From Rhizodiscina lignyota (taxonomy: Eukaryota), in the NCBI GenBank assembly GCA_010015805.1, contig ML978129.1, positions 1,178,001 to 1,242,000 of the forward strand: a DNA stretch of 64,000 bases, written 5' to 3'. A program made the translations under genes and the position numbers. Below the pieces are notes generated by a model. The model was not told where the DNA came from. It saw only the letters and a list, made by a program, of their open reading frames with translations, and made no database searches. The stretch's first letter is position 1. Every line of letters starts with the position of its first letter. Below, one piece after another: positions 49,633-62,875 of the stretch.

Positions 49633-49930
49633 GGATAAGAGGTATGACTGATTTGCGGAAGGACTTGCTTATGGCTATGAGACGAAGAAATGCTGGCAGA
49701 TGAGATGATGAGGCTTGATGGAACTGCATTATTGCAACAGACGAGCATGATGCTCGCCAATCTGCTTTATGAGCTCAATGATAGTAAATGCAATACCATG
49801 GCTACCTGAAATTCTCAACTACACTACCGTTACAAAAATACTGAAATTTTCTTTCCAAGGTTCCTGAGCTTGAAGATTACGTCAAGCACGAGACTTCGGC
49901 GTTGTGGTGGTTTCGATGCCAAGCCACTTT

Positions 49931-49965
49931 ACGCGGTGCGCGTCAACTTCAGATTCAAGACGCGT
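49931..49965 (+). promoter_or_regulatory. MCB-like CGCG elements upstream of RFC5
   Basis: ACGCGG, GCGCGT and a perfect ACGCGT (49960-49965) within 70 bp of the ATG. Consistent with MBF G1/S control of replication genes. Confidence 0.45.
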
Positions 49966-49996
49966 CCAACAACCTTCCTCTCTCTACAACTACGAT

Positions 49997-51309
49997 ATGG
50001 CATTGCTCGTAGATAAACACCGTCCTCGGTCGCTTGAGACACTCAGTTACCATCAGGACTTATCTGATCGGCTAAAATCATTGGTGAGGCAATCCCAGAA
50101 CAAGCCCTAAAGTCCAATCCACGCCCATAACGAACATAGTCGTCCGTTCCACCTGTAAAGTCTAACTTGAGTTCTCTTGCAGGCGCAAAGCGGTGATTTC
50201 CCTCATCTCCTCGTCTACGGCCCCTCTGGCGCCGGCAAGAAGACCCGCATCGTCGCGACCCTCAAAGAGCTCTATGGACCCGGCGTGGAGAAGATCAAGA
50301 TCGACTCGCGTGTCTTTCAGACCACCAGTAACCGAAAGCTCGAATTCAACATCGTAGCCTCCGTATACCACCTCGAGATCACGCCCTCGGACGTCGGTAA
50401 TTACGACCGCGTTGTCGTGCAAGACCTGCTCAAGGAGGTAGCGCAGACACAGCAGGTTGACCTGTCGGCGAAACAGCGTTTCAAAGTCGTGGTGATCAAT
50501 GAGGCAGACCATTTGTCGAGAGACGCACAAGCGGCGTTGAGGAGGACGATGGAGAAGTACAGTCCAAATCTGAGGCTCATATTGCTGGCGAATTCGACGA
50601 GCAACATCATTGCGCCGATACGGTCAAGAACACTTTTGGTGAGAGTAGCTGCGCCTACCGAAGAGGAGATATGCAGTGTCTTGAAGGTGGTTGGGAAGAA
50701 GGAAGGCTTCAAGGATGTGGAGGCCCTGAACAAGAGAATCGCGAAGGATAGTGGGCGGAACCTGAGGAAGGCGTTGTTGATGTATGAGGCAGTTCATGCG
50801 CAAAAGTACGTTCGGGGAACACAAGGCTATTCAAAAACAGCGGACTGACCATCATTTTCAGCGAGACGGTCAGCGAGAATACTCCCATACCACCGCCGGA
50901 TTGGGAGGCTTTGATTGCCCAAGTCGCGGACGACATCATCAAGGAGCATACGCCGCAGCAGATAATGATCGTTCGAGCTAAGCTCTACGACCTCTTGACG
51001 CATTGTATTCCAGCAACTATGGTCCTCAAGGCATGAGGTGCTCGCATTTTTTAATAAACGGTCACTAACATTCTACAGACTCTGACCTTCAAGCTGGTGC
51101 CGAAAGTCGATGATACGCTGAAAGCAGAGATTGTCAAATGGGCGGCATTCTACGAACACCGGGTGAGAATGGGCACAAAGGTCATCTTTCACCTTGAGGC
51201 TTTCGTCGCAAAGGTGATGCGCATCCTCGAGAGGTATTACACACTTATAGCACTCTACAATTGCAGTAAACTGACGTTCAATAGCTTCCTAATGAACATG
51301 GATTTCTAA
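49997..51309 (+). CDS. RFC5: Replication factor C subunit 5, 5 exons
   Basis: MALLVDKHRPRSL, DFPHLLVYGPSGAGKKTR, EITPSDVGNYDR, INEADHLSRDAQAALRRTMEKYS, PIRSRT, LYDLLTHCIP and KVIFHLEAFVAK. One intron is GC-AG (51031-51078). Confidence 0.96.
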
Positions 51310-51725
51310 AGAGAGAATCTGGACTCGTTGTGAGAAGATGGCGAGCTCGGCTGCCAGCAACCCACATGTGTGCATCCTTACCTGCATGCACTGCAATTTA
51401 GCTCACACCGAAAGCTCAGCGATCGAAACAGACCCTACATCAAGGTCTTCGTATGGAAAGGGTAGCATATAGCAAGGCGTTATGATTTTGACTGGCTTGT
51501 ATGTTCCAATTAACTAAGACGTCCTTAATACGGCAATGAGATGCGCGTTACGTCACCAGTCGCGTCGACTTTTCTCAACCTTCAACTTCCCAACCGCGTT
51601 CAATTTCAATACATATCTTGCGTGCAGAACATTAAATTTCTCTCCCTAGTTTTTGAAATAAGCACACTCTCACCTATCCCTGTTCGGAGAGCCCAATTGC
51701 ATCTGAAAATCCTCTTCAATTCAAG

Positions 51726-52241
51726 ATGTCCGACAAACTGATGGACACGCGCCCTGGCGGCGAGAATACACAGTCAGTCTACCATTTATGTGTATTATAG
51801 TTTCCGCAATCGAAAGAGCTCAAAGTTTCCTTCTCTGAGTACTTATGCTCACATCGTCGCACAGATACGAATCTACAGCAACCTTCACTAAGCCTCATAA
51901 CAAGGAAGGTGGTCAGCTGAGTGGTATACTTCCACTCCTCAAGGGCTATATATATATACGCCCAATTCTGACACCCATCTGATACAGATCCCACGACATC
52001 CACAAGCACTCCCAAAGGTGTCGACCCCGAACGCGCAGAGAAGACAGCCCAGAACATTCGGTACGGCCAGGCCATGAGCGAGCAGGGCATGGGCGGGCAG
52101 ACGACGACGAGTGGTGAAGGGAATGTAGATAGTGGCTTTGGAGGTGCAGCGTCACAGTCTGAAGATCTTTCTACAAGCGATGCAAGGACCGCGCAAGGTT
52201 ACGGTGGGCAGAGTGACATGCGGAGAGATGTGGGTGCGTAG
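51726..52241 (+). CDS. Small hydrophilic Gly/Thr/Ser-rich fungal protein (~115 aa), 3 exons
   Basis: Exons 51726-51772, 51865-51911 and 51988-52241 give MSDKLMDTRPGGENTQYESTATFTKPHNKEGDPTTSTSTPKGVDPERAEKTAQNIRYGQAMSEQGMGGQTT..ARTAQGYGGQSDMRRDVGA*. Missed by the ORF track. Confidence 0.75.
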
Positions 52242-54171
52242 ACTAGTAGATGAATCACCAACTTCTGCTTACATACCATCCAAAGCTATGAATATCGAGT
52301 CAAAGCATTTGAAAAGTGATTTCAATAGACACTACTTCAGACATAGTGTATGCATCCGAACTCATGTGGCGAATATCACCAACACCCTACACAAATTATG
52401 AGGATGCCCTACAAACACCGAGTCAAACTAGTTGAGGATAGGTTTTGTATAATTGAACTGGAGGCCAATATCGCAAACGACTGAATTTAGAGCGTCAATC
52501 TGACTTAGCAACTGTACAGTCTAGCTGCCCCTCTTCCCCCCTCCGCCTCCCGCTACGCTCTTCACCCTCATCTCCTCACATTCAGGTGTATTCACACTCA
52601 ACGATGTCAGCAGCCTCGGCCATGAGGACCTCTCAGGGTCTGCGAATATTAGCCGGTGCTCTACGTTACAGCCGCGCGGATATGCTCATACTCGGCAGAC
52701 TTCTTAATCAGCCCCAGTCCTTTCACCTAGTTGAGCAAGTTGAGCTGCGTGAGCATCTCCAGCTTGTCCATGTTGTTTGCCTGCTGGTGAATGTTCTGGG
52801 CTCTGTGCCATTTTTTGTCCATCGGTGTAGGATTCAGATGCTCAGTGGGATCAGGTAGCTGAGCGTGGCGATTGAACACATAGTTCTGTTCTTTCCAGCT
52901 TTAACACTCTTTACACCTGGCCCACTCTAACCTCCATCCGAGTGCCCATAAACCTACATGAATGGCTTGCGTCTCAAATGCTGGACGCGATCAAGACCTG
53001 GAGGCGGACGGGCGGAAGCGTCTGCCATAAAATAATTAGAACGGTAGCGAAAATCGGACTGAACAAGGAGAAGATGTCGCGTGCAGCTCAGGATAACAAG
53101 GCCGTCAACCTTCAAAAGAGGAATATGGACGAAGTCAGATTGTTAAAAGAGAACGCTCCATGACAATCATACATAAGACAAGTGTGAGCTTCGCAAAAGT
53201 CTCCGCTACACAGCAAAGCCAGCGCCAGAAGAAGAGATCGACCGTGCAATCAGACAGTTATAGAGCGAAGCATGGCATGACAGACGGACTACCAGCTAAA
53301 TGGCGAGCTGAAGAAACACCCCTTTGATGTGACAGACAACGGTAAGCTGTTCTCTCCATTGGATTCTGGAAGAACACGACATTCCATACCTGTGGCGAGA
53401 CATTTGACAACATGGATGATTTGGAACATCTCTGGGATAAAATTAAATGCCGTAAGCTTGCTCAAGTGTTCGTGGGGTTGTAGAAGCTTGGGACGTAAGA
53501 GAGCTGATGTTGGGAGGAGCCTTTGAAGGCGACTAAGACAGAAATAAAAGAGCGGGCTATCCCTAACAGCTCGCCCCCAAACAACCCAACTCGTTCCTTC
53601 CTTTGTTAAAGGCATCTTCCCTCGAATCGTTCATAATTCTTAATTTCGGAATATTCACGTACTTCAGCAAACTTTTGAGAATCATAATGTGAGACCGTCG
53701 TTGCTGTTGTCCGATGTTAGTTGATGCGCCGCTCAAGGGCGCACAGACCGCCGATGTTGGAAGGATAAAGACGCGAGATAGAAGTAGATACTAAGCCATA
53801 CTTTATGTCAGATGGGTTAATGCGCGGCTCGAAATGTGTACACTTCTGACCATGTTGTACCGATCGATTGCATCGAGTTCAATTTCGACATATGTCTACT
53901 CGGGGGACATGTGCTGAATGATCGGCCTCGAATTGTAGCTTCACGGTGCGTTTGGTCGTCTCTTTACCTACAAAGCTAGATCTGTACACTGGTAGTAAAG
54001 AATCATTCTTCACCCGACCCTTTCTGTAATGTAAGCTCGTCGTCAATAGCAACAGCTGCAGATCGGCTAGGATGAGGAACGTTTCGAGTGAACTTTGATG
54101 CTCTTGCGAGGCGACCAGTTCATATAGTACGCCAGACCAACTCGTACAACGCATATCAGAAACCGAACTCT

Positions 54172-55403
54172 TTACCCTGACAGATCAAGCACCACCCGGC
54201 CCATCAACTTCGCATCGTTCATCTCTTTGAAAATGTCCGTCAGTTTGTCCATCTTCTCCATCCTGTAGTGCACCTTAACAAGCCCTCTCGCGGCGAAGTC
54301 TAGCGCCTCAATCGCATCTTGCCTGTCTCCAACCGCGACACCAATAATCGTGAGCTCCTTCGCAATCATAAACTGCGGCAATGCGCTTCCAATTGGCACC
54401 GGCTTGCCTTCTGGAATGCCAACAACGACCAAGCGTCCGCCGAAGCGCAGCATGTCGCACGCTTCAGCGTACGCAGCGTTTGCGGCTGTCAGTACGAGCA
54501 CTGCGTGTGCACCGAGACCATCCGTGAGTGCCTTTACTTGCTCCGTCGTGCTCTTCTCTCCACCCAGACCAATAAAGTGCTCCGCGCCAGAATCAAGAAC
54601 AAGCTTCTCTTTCCCAGGCGAATCAACACCAATCACCCTCAGCCCCATACCGGCGCTTGCAAACTGGCACGCCAGATGGCCCAGCCCACCACCAGCACCG
54701 AGAATTACGACCCAGTGACCTGACTGGGTATTCGATTTCCGCAGCGCAGAGTAGACAGTCACACCCGCGCAGAGCAGAGGCGCGGCAGCGGCAGAGTCGA
54801 GGTTGTCGGGAATGGGGGTGACATAATGCGCAGGCCCGATCACGTACTGCTGAAACGTGCCGGGGTAGTAGTATCCGGAAATGCTCTGGTTGAAGCAGAC
54901 ACCGTCGTGGCCTTGCAAGCATGGTGCTGTTTATCATCGTTAGCTGTTATAGCCCTTCCGCAACCGAGTCGGAGTTGCACGTACGGCATCCGCCGCATGC
55001 GTTCGCGAGCCACTTGATGCCAACTCGGTCTCCAACTTTTACATTCGCCTTCTCCGTCCCAGGGCCCATCTTCACGATCTTGCCGATGCCCTCGTGCCCG
55101 CCTACTTGATCCTTTGGGGTTGGGTAAGGAAGGCCAGCCCATGTGCAGGTCATGACGCCGAGATCGGAATGGCAGACACCGGAGTGAGTCCTGGTAGACC
55201 CGTTATCAGTACAGAAACCCCTCTGTGAGAATATAGACATGAATCAAACATATTATGAATATTAGCACGCACAAATTGACAAGGACCTCACCCGGCCCCG
55301 GTTCCGGAGTTTCGACATCCTTAACTGTAGTCGATATCTCGCCCGGGTTATCGTACACAACGGCCTTGTGCGTCTTGGGGATCTGAACGTCCGCGGTCGC
55401 CAT
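54172..55403 (-). CDS. Zinc-dependent alcohol dehydrogenase (MDR family), 3 exons
   Basis: IPKTHKAVVY, THSGVCHSD, GGHEGIG, structural zinc ligands CGGC..C..GVC, APLLCAGVTVY, GAGGGLG and GRVVLDL. Confidence 0.95.
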
Positions 55404-56862
55404 TGTGCCTTTCGACTGTTGATATCTTGAAATTTCCTAGCTCCTTAAAGACGCGTCGAAGCTTCACAACGCGTTCAGGGCGTAAATTGAGGAAAAAGAC
55501 AAGAGCAGAGAACAGAGCGAGCTCGCGCGACCAAATGCCTCTAAGAAATCTGGACAACAGAGGAGGATCCTTTATACGAGGAGAAAACCGTCTTAGAAAT
55601 GAGAACAGAGAATTCCCCATATATATCTCTCAAAATCCATTCGCACGCCTTTCGTCCATCGCCCCACTGCTCCGTACCACCCCGCCCTCGCAATCACAGC
55701 TACACGGCCGAGATAGAGAGGGTACGTACTTGCCGTGCACCAAGAGCACTCCTAGCTCACTAGGCTTCATGCAATGCGCGCTCCCGTATCGCCCAGCCCA
55801 GGTAGGGAAGCACTTACGGAGATGGGCTTCGTCTCCGATGGCGCGCATTGCCGTCGCCTGCCTCGGCAGCTGTATCTGGCCTCTGAAGGCTAAGGACGCG
55901 ATGCGGGGAAGAGCGAAGAGCTACGTAAGGTGGCTACAGCTGCTGCATAGGGCTCAGTCTGGGACCCCGTTGGCGGATCGCCGAGGCCTAGGTTGTTGAC
56001 AATATCTCGAATTGAGAGCATAGGAGGTTGATGCTGCCTTGATGGAGTAATAGGAGACGTCCGACGTCCAGGGAGTGATGTGCTTACTCACGTCTTATTA
56101 GCCGTCGGCGTGAGCTCGCAAAATGTCTTCAAAAATCACGCCGCCGGATGAGGACTGTGAGACGTTCCACTAAGGATAAGCTTAACGTCCAAGGTTCTCA
56201 GTATGCTGAAGTACACAAAGGATGTTGGATCCACAATTGCCTCCACTCCCCACGTCTCCGCAGTGTCCGGACGAACCTCTGATGAGGTCCACCGTAAACA
56301 TATCTTCTTGCGAGAACACATGATTTAGAACTAGATTGGCCTCCGCATTTCTCCGCCCATGTGTACGAATTGGTCATAGAGCGTATACAGCGCCTGTGTT
56401 CCTCGCTAATCTCGCTCACTGCATATGATTTGCATGCGAGAAGGAATCCGCAATGTCCAAAAAGGCTCTCTTATTTATCATTATTACAATACAAGGCTGG
56501 AGAAGAACCCCCGGTTCATCCATCCAGCGAGAGATCCCCTAATCGTACCCCAGATGCCCCCGCCCAATCTTTTACCCTAAGGGGAAATACCCCAGGAAGT
56601 CAGCAAGCAAGCGATATCAACATCTCATCACCCATCGCTTGCTTCGTTCCCTAATTTCCTCCCGAATAGAAGTCCATAATGCGATTCTTTACTTCATGGC
56701 TGAGACTCATTTGCAGCATTTGAAAACTTGTAAAGGAAAACCCAGCATCCCATGCAAGTTAAGAAAGTCCGCCCAGCCATCCCGCAAATGCAAAAACAAA
56801 GAGAAAAGGAAATCGGGTATTTTCCGTATCAACATCCATTGCAGTCTTTTTTAGCCAGTCCC

Positions 56863-59852
56863 TCAAGCCCGAACCTCGCAGAGCCTCATGCTCAAAAGCT
56901 CCTCCGCCGTCGGCCTTCTCTCGTGGTCAAGATCGAACGTGCGCTGCAAGAACTCCTGCACCATATCGCTCGCGCCGTCAGGGATCGTGGGACTCGCATC
57001 GCCGCTGCCACCAATCTTGAAGATTGCCTGCAGCTGCGTGCAGTTGGGATGGGGATGATGGCCTGTGAACATCTCGACAATCAGGCATCCTAATGACCAG
57101 ATATCTGCCTTGCGAGTGTATGCCGTTTGCTTGACGACCTCGGGTGCCATCCAGAACACACTGCCCTGCAGCGACACGCGTGGGCCACCGGCCTTGCCAC
57201 GTGCAGAGCCGCTAGCAGAGAGGAGAGTGGATGCGTCGACGCGCTTAGAAATACCGAAGTCTGAAATTTTGACGGCGCCCTTGTTGTCGACCAAGATGTT
57301 GGCGCCCTTAATGTCACGGTGAATGATGTCTCGAGAATGAAGGTAGTTGAGGCCGTTGAGAATCTGACGGACAAAGTTGGCGATGAGACCCTCGCCGAGT
57401 GGGCCGTAGTTAACCAGCATGGTGGCGACAGAGCCACCAGGTACGTATTCGAGGAAAATATTCAAGTGAGTGTCGTCGCTGTTCGAGCCAAGGTACTGTA
57501 CGATGTTCGGATGCTTGAGGTCTCGCAGGAGGCCGATCTCATGCTTGAGCGCCTCGACCATGTTGTTCTTCTTCGCGTCCAGCTGCGTGCCCGTGCTCGA
57601 CGGCATTTCGACCTGCTTGACCGCCATGAGTTCACCAGTGACAGCGTGTAATGCCAAATACACGCTGCCGAAACTACCTTGGCCGATCAAAGCACCTTTC
57701 ATGTACTTGACATTCTCCCAGCTGTCCTGCTCGAGATACTCGCTGAGCTCCTCGTCGCTCTCCTCGCTATCTTCCTGCACCATCTGGCTTAGGCGCTTGT
57801 TGAGGCTGTCACCATTCTCGGTGCCAATGGCACTGCCAGAGCCAAGACTCGATGCCGCCGCAGAGGAGCCGCCATCGTCATAGTAAGACTGCATCGTAGT
57901 GTTGCCATCGGGGTCGGTGATGGAAATGTCGTTCTCGCCAAAGGAAACATATGACTTGCGATTGGGCTCGAGTGGTGACTCCTCATCTAAAGGTTCGAGG
58001 ACTGAGGATGCAACGCTATCTCTATAGCCTGCACCTGCTGGAGCGCCCAAGCGCATGACTGACAGTGGCCTGATGCCACGCTGCTGACCATTATTAAGCC
58101 AAGCATCTGAAATGGCTGGCAATGGTGGAGCATCTCTTAAGCTGCTTGCGAAGGAGATGTTGCTGGCAGTACTCATGCGGCTTGTTGCTCGGCTTATGCG
58201 GCGTGATCTTCGTATCGACATGCGAACAGTCTTGTCAATCTCGTCCTTCTCGAAATCAGGGAAATATGTCGACAGGTCGCTAGCAATAAGTTCCGATGGC
58301 GGTCGGCCACCGTGGAGCTCCTTGATTCTTCTAATTCGCGCGCTGGCCGTCGTTCTCGAGCTATCAGCACGTTCGAGATCCTGCTCCGCCATGTTGATGT
58401 GTTTTTCTCTCTCTTTCGCCGAGGCAGGAGAGAGAGGGTATGAGACAGCAGCCAAGGATTCTCCAGTAATTTTCTCTATCTTGAGCTGCGATCGATTGGA
58501 AACTGGGACAAACACTTGTTGTGTCTGTTGCAACTGCTGCTGGCTGGCTATGTTTGCTGCTTGCCGTAACTGATCCTCCTCTGGTTCGCCGGTGTGGATC
58601 TTCCTGAAGATGAGTCTTCCCCTCTCAAGTCCTTGGCGGTTGTTGATGATTCGCATAAGCTCTATGTCAGAAAGCTTCCTGCACAGAACCGGATTGGGGT
58701 CAACGCCATCGAGCACGTAGAAGCAGTAGTTCTTCACATGTGCTTCGTTCAACGAACCCTTCCTTAACGTCTTCAAGATCACGTCCTCGGCAGTCTTGCA
58801 TCCTTCAACACTGAGCACGGCGGTGCGTGCGTTGTCGGGATAGATGACTCTGATGAGGGCCTTGTCTGTGGGAAGAACCATACTGTTTGTCATGGCGTCC
58901 TGACTGGGGCTGCTCCGTACGTGCGTGGCAAAGCGAGCTGTCTGCGGCGTCTCTGCAGGCGTCACTGGGGTTCTGCCACTGCTGTTGGCACTCCGGGGAA
59001 TGGCACCGTAGTGTTCTCGTTTGGGGCTTGGTTGACCGTGGTAACGACTGCTTTTGGTCTCTTCAATGAACGGTGATGATGGCCTTGAGGATGATTTTGC
59101 GGGTAAGTGAGCGAGAGTGGAAGCGTATGAGAGGTCGGAGCCGGCTATTTGTCTTGACATGCGTTTTTCGGAGCGAGCAGAGCGAGCAGAAACGACACCA
59201 CGAGGTGAAGCGGATGATGGAGGAGTGAACAATGGATTGACATCAAGCAAAGCAAGAGATTCCTGTATTCATTGTGAGTAAGTTTGGCATCGAAGAAGAG
59301 CTCGTTATACCTACCCTATTGCTCTTCTGCAACGACGCCTTCTTGTACTGCTTGTTGCGAAGGATCTTGACCTCGGTGCTGATCCGAAGACGGTGGCCCA
59401 TCTTCTTGATGCCCATATCTTTGAGATGTGTTGCGTCCATCTCCATGAGGTTTTCGCCATTAATATTATTGCCTACAATGCGTCAATAGGGTCCGTGCAA
59501 CAATAGCACAAGACAACAGGAGACGTACGCTTGAAAAGCTCGACATATTGGGCGCAGCCTTCTATGCCACGCAACCATTCGCAAACAGTCTCCTCACCCC
59601 AGTTTCTAAGACAGGTGTTAGCTGTTGAGTGATCCAACGAAAACAGGTAAGCACGTACCTGATCGAGTCCGGAGCTCCATCGAAGTGCTCGGAAAACTCA
59701 GACTCGGTAGGGCTCGCGAAGAAGCCATTGTTTTCCTTTCCGGAGCTCGAGTGTATTCGATAATTAGCGACGTTCGAATACTGTGCGGACGAGGGTTGCG
59801 TGGAGGCCGAGTGAGGCGCGGGATATGGTGTTTTGCTAGCCAACATGGCCAT
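56863..59852 (-). CDS. STE11: MAP kinase kinase kinase Ste11/SteC/NRC-1 (SAM, Ras-association and kinase domains), 4 exons
   Basis: MAMLASK, FFASPTESEFSE; SAM domain (LMEMDATHLKDMGIKKMGHRLRI); RA domain; kinase motifs GQGSFGSVYLALHAVTGELMAVKQV, HRDIKGAN, DFG and SLQGSVFWMAPE. Confidence 0.96.
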
Positions 59853-62800
59853 CGCTACGTTGTTTGGAAGGCGTGAAGAGGATGTTTCGGTTTTAGAGAA
59901 GTGGGAGGCGTCGGGTGTAAGAGTGTCGTGCGTGCGTGCTTCCTTCACAGATGCATCATCGGCGTGCTCGAGTGCAAGTGGCTGTCAGATTAGGCGCCGC
60001 GTGTGAATGGAGGGCTTCGGAGAGCGTCGAGCTGACGACGGCGTAGTGGTGAGGAGGAGTCGGTCGCAGATGTATGCAGGTGACGAAATGAGATCGGATC
60101 TCGCAGCACCCTGCTCAATATCGGTTGTGTCGGGCGTGTGGGAGGGTTGAGCAGAGCGTGGATTGAAGGAGGGCTGATAGGGGGTGGGATGCAGGCGATT
60201 GCAGGAGTCGTCGCTCAGCACGGAAGAGATCGCGCAGATATGGAGGGAGGTGCAGCAGCTCGCTCGAACGGGGACTAGGCGTGGTGTCGGTGAAGATGCT
60301 GAAACGCCAGACCAGCAGCGTACGGAGAGGGAGCGGAAGGGAGAGGTGTGGTGCTTTGGCGAAGTCAGCGGCCCAGGGGGAGGCGCGTGCTGGAGGCTGT
60401 CCTTGTCGAAGTCAAAGCGGATCTCGCTGCCACTGGCGGGTTTGATCGCCTCTCGCTTTGTTTGGCCGGGCAGCAGCGGTGGTGGTGCGAGATTGAGGGA
60501 GGGAGGGAGTACAAAGAAGCTGGCTCACTACGCGCGCTCTGCCTCTGCACAAGCTGCTGTCAGTCGCTGCTGCCCTCCGACCCTCGACACCCTCTTGGCC
60601 CGCCGTTTCAGCCAGTTAGACGCGTGCACGTCCCGGTCAGCCTGAAACCCGCTAGGCCTGCTGCGGCTAGTGTGAAACGGCGCGCCTGGCCAATGTCGCG
60701 AGGGCGGGCAGGTGCAGCAGCTGCCTCCACCACCAATCGCCGTGCGCGTCCTTTATATCGGAGCCTCAGCTGTCTGGCAGCAGCTACAAGAAGCTTGGCC
60801 GTGAAGCAGCCTTTTCTATCGCACGCTGCACACATAACCCTTCTACCCAGCCCAGGCCCCGTCTCCGCATGGCGACCCCATCAACCCAAGGCCGTGGACC
60901 CCTACGATCAGCATTCTCTCTGCGACACCACTCCGAAAACTCCTCTGACCTGACCAGCCCGTGAAACATGCTCTTTTACCGGCTGATTGTTTCGCTGACG
61001 ACTGCGAACCTTTGCCGGCGGCGAGCCCAACACCTGCTCCTTGTGTCGGTTCTCCTGAGCCTCATGGCTCCTGCGCAGGCTCAGCTCACCGCGCACCGAC
61101 CGGTTATCGCAATGTTTCCTGCATCCTCATCTATCCTCGGCGCTGTTTTGTTTCGGCGGATGATGATTCAATGTCAAAGCGCGCTCCTGAAATAGGCATG
61201 ACGACGGCGAGCATGGAGCACGCGACCCTTTTCAGCGGTATAGAGCGCGTCTGAGCTGTGAGTGCAGGATATTCCCAGCTAAAAACAGCTTCCAGGGCGC
61301 GTCGCGCGCAATCAAGTAGAGAGCGACAGGAGACGCCAGGTTCTCCTCATACATAATAAGCAGCCCAGTCCATCGGACTCAAATATTGACGACCTATAGT
61401 ACTATATGCTCTACCAACGCCAGATATATTATTAGGAGCCCACCCCGAGTCGCAATTCGTGTCCCATCTGGATTGTGGGTATGTCCTGAGACGGTATCAG
61501 AGCGATCGCTATCTCCGACCTTTGACAATCAATGTTGGCTCATTTGAGAAGGCCCATTCTTTTCGAATGGCATGACGATAACGCGGCCACCCCTTCTCAG
61601 GCCAGGCTCTGTCCATTGTCCCATCGTGTCGCAGGGTGGGAGTCCCACACTGTCCTGCCTTGCTCCTTCCATGCTGTCACGAGAGCTGGACTGCTCTCGG
61701 CGCGTAGGAGGATTCCAACCATCCACTCAGGCTTTCAGCGCATTGGAGCCGTCTGCCGCCATATATGCGTGGTAATGAGGGTGCGTCATGACCCGGATCT
61801 TTCACTCGACATTCCCTTGTAGCAGCAGAGCGCTAGCGCTTCGCCTCGTGCGCGCGTGGGGCCTCTTCAATATTGCACCAAAGGCAGTCATTTCGTGACG
61901 CAATACCACGAGAGCTCTGGTGCAATTGGCAGTGTTGTGCACAGCAACTCTGCGGCTCTTCCTTCGAGACGAGGTGTGTATAGACGAATAACAAATCAGT
62001 GGGTCAACAGCCACACGATATTCGGTGATGGACAGTCGATCGCGGTGCTTGCGGAAGGCGCGATTCTAGCCCTCTCGCGGCGTTCGTTAGATACGCTGTA
62101 ATTATCGATATAATACATACATACACGCCTGCTCTGGCTCTCAAATCAACATGGATCACACCATTCAAGCATGACATTGTCGAAGATTAATGTGCCTCTC
62201 TCGAATGGCATGCTTCTCTTTCGACCCTCTTCATTTCACATCCCTCTCGTGACTGTCTCGTGAGGCATGCAGTCGAATGACACAATTGAGCAGCTGCGAG
62301 ATCGGTTTAGCAGAGCCAGTAAGGCGGAATATACGCTCCAAGATGGGCCATTTTCCGATTCGCATGGTACAGTACGCAACATTACCATCCTCCAAACCGG
62401 GTCTACCCTGGGTGCGTGCCGAGAGGGCGAGGCGCGGGCGGCATCCTAGCCTTCTATGACATCGCTGCCCAGCCGTGCAGCTCTCTTGTACAGCGCACTC
62501 GTCTCGGGCGTCGAGGCCTGCCATCGTGTTCAGACGACACCCCGTCCTACAATCTTCCAATCTGCGCCGTCTACCTGCATTTGCTGTTCCTGTCCTCTCG
62601 CCATTCCTCTCTCTGTCGCACAAACACACGGACACGCACCACGTCAAACCTCCTCCTCTCCGCCCCGCCGTCGAATGCCAACCATCCAGCCTTCTGGTTC
62701 GGTCGGCCCGCTGCCGTACCCACGTTGCTAGAGCTGCATGTTGCGGTCATTAGATCCTCTCGACAGCCAACGGCGTCACTTCAGATTACAAGCCTTTGCA

Positions 62801-62875
62801 AATCACCCTTGAACGCCAATTCTCCACCGTTTGCCGTCTGACGCGTTGTCGTCGACGGCGCAAACTTTTCTCGCC

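Noticed and set aside
52586..53615. Short ORFs between the small hydrophilic gene and ADH
   Set aside because: Fragmentary with no family signal; cannot support a gene call.
60184..62841. Many ORFs in the divergent STE11 intergenic region
   Set aside because: GC-rich promoter/leader sequence yields spurious ORFs in all frames.
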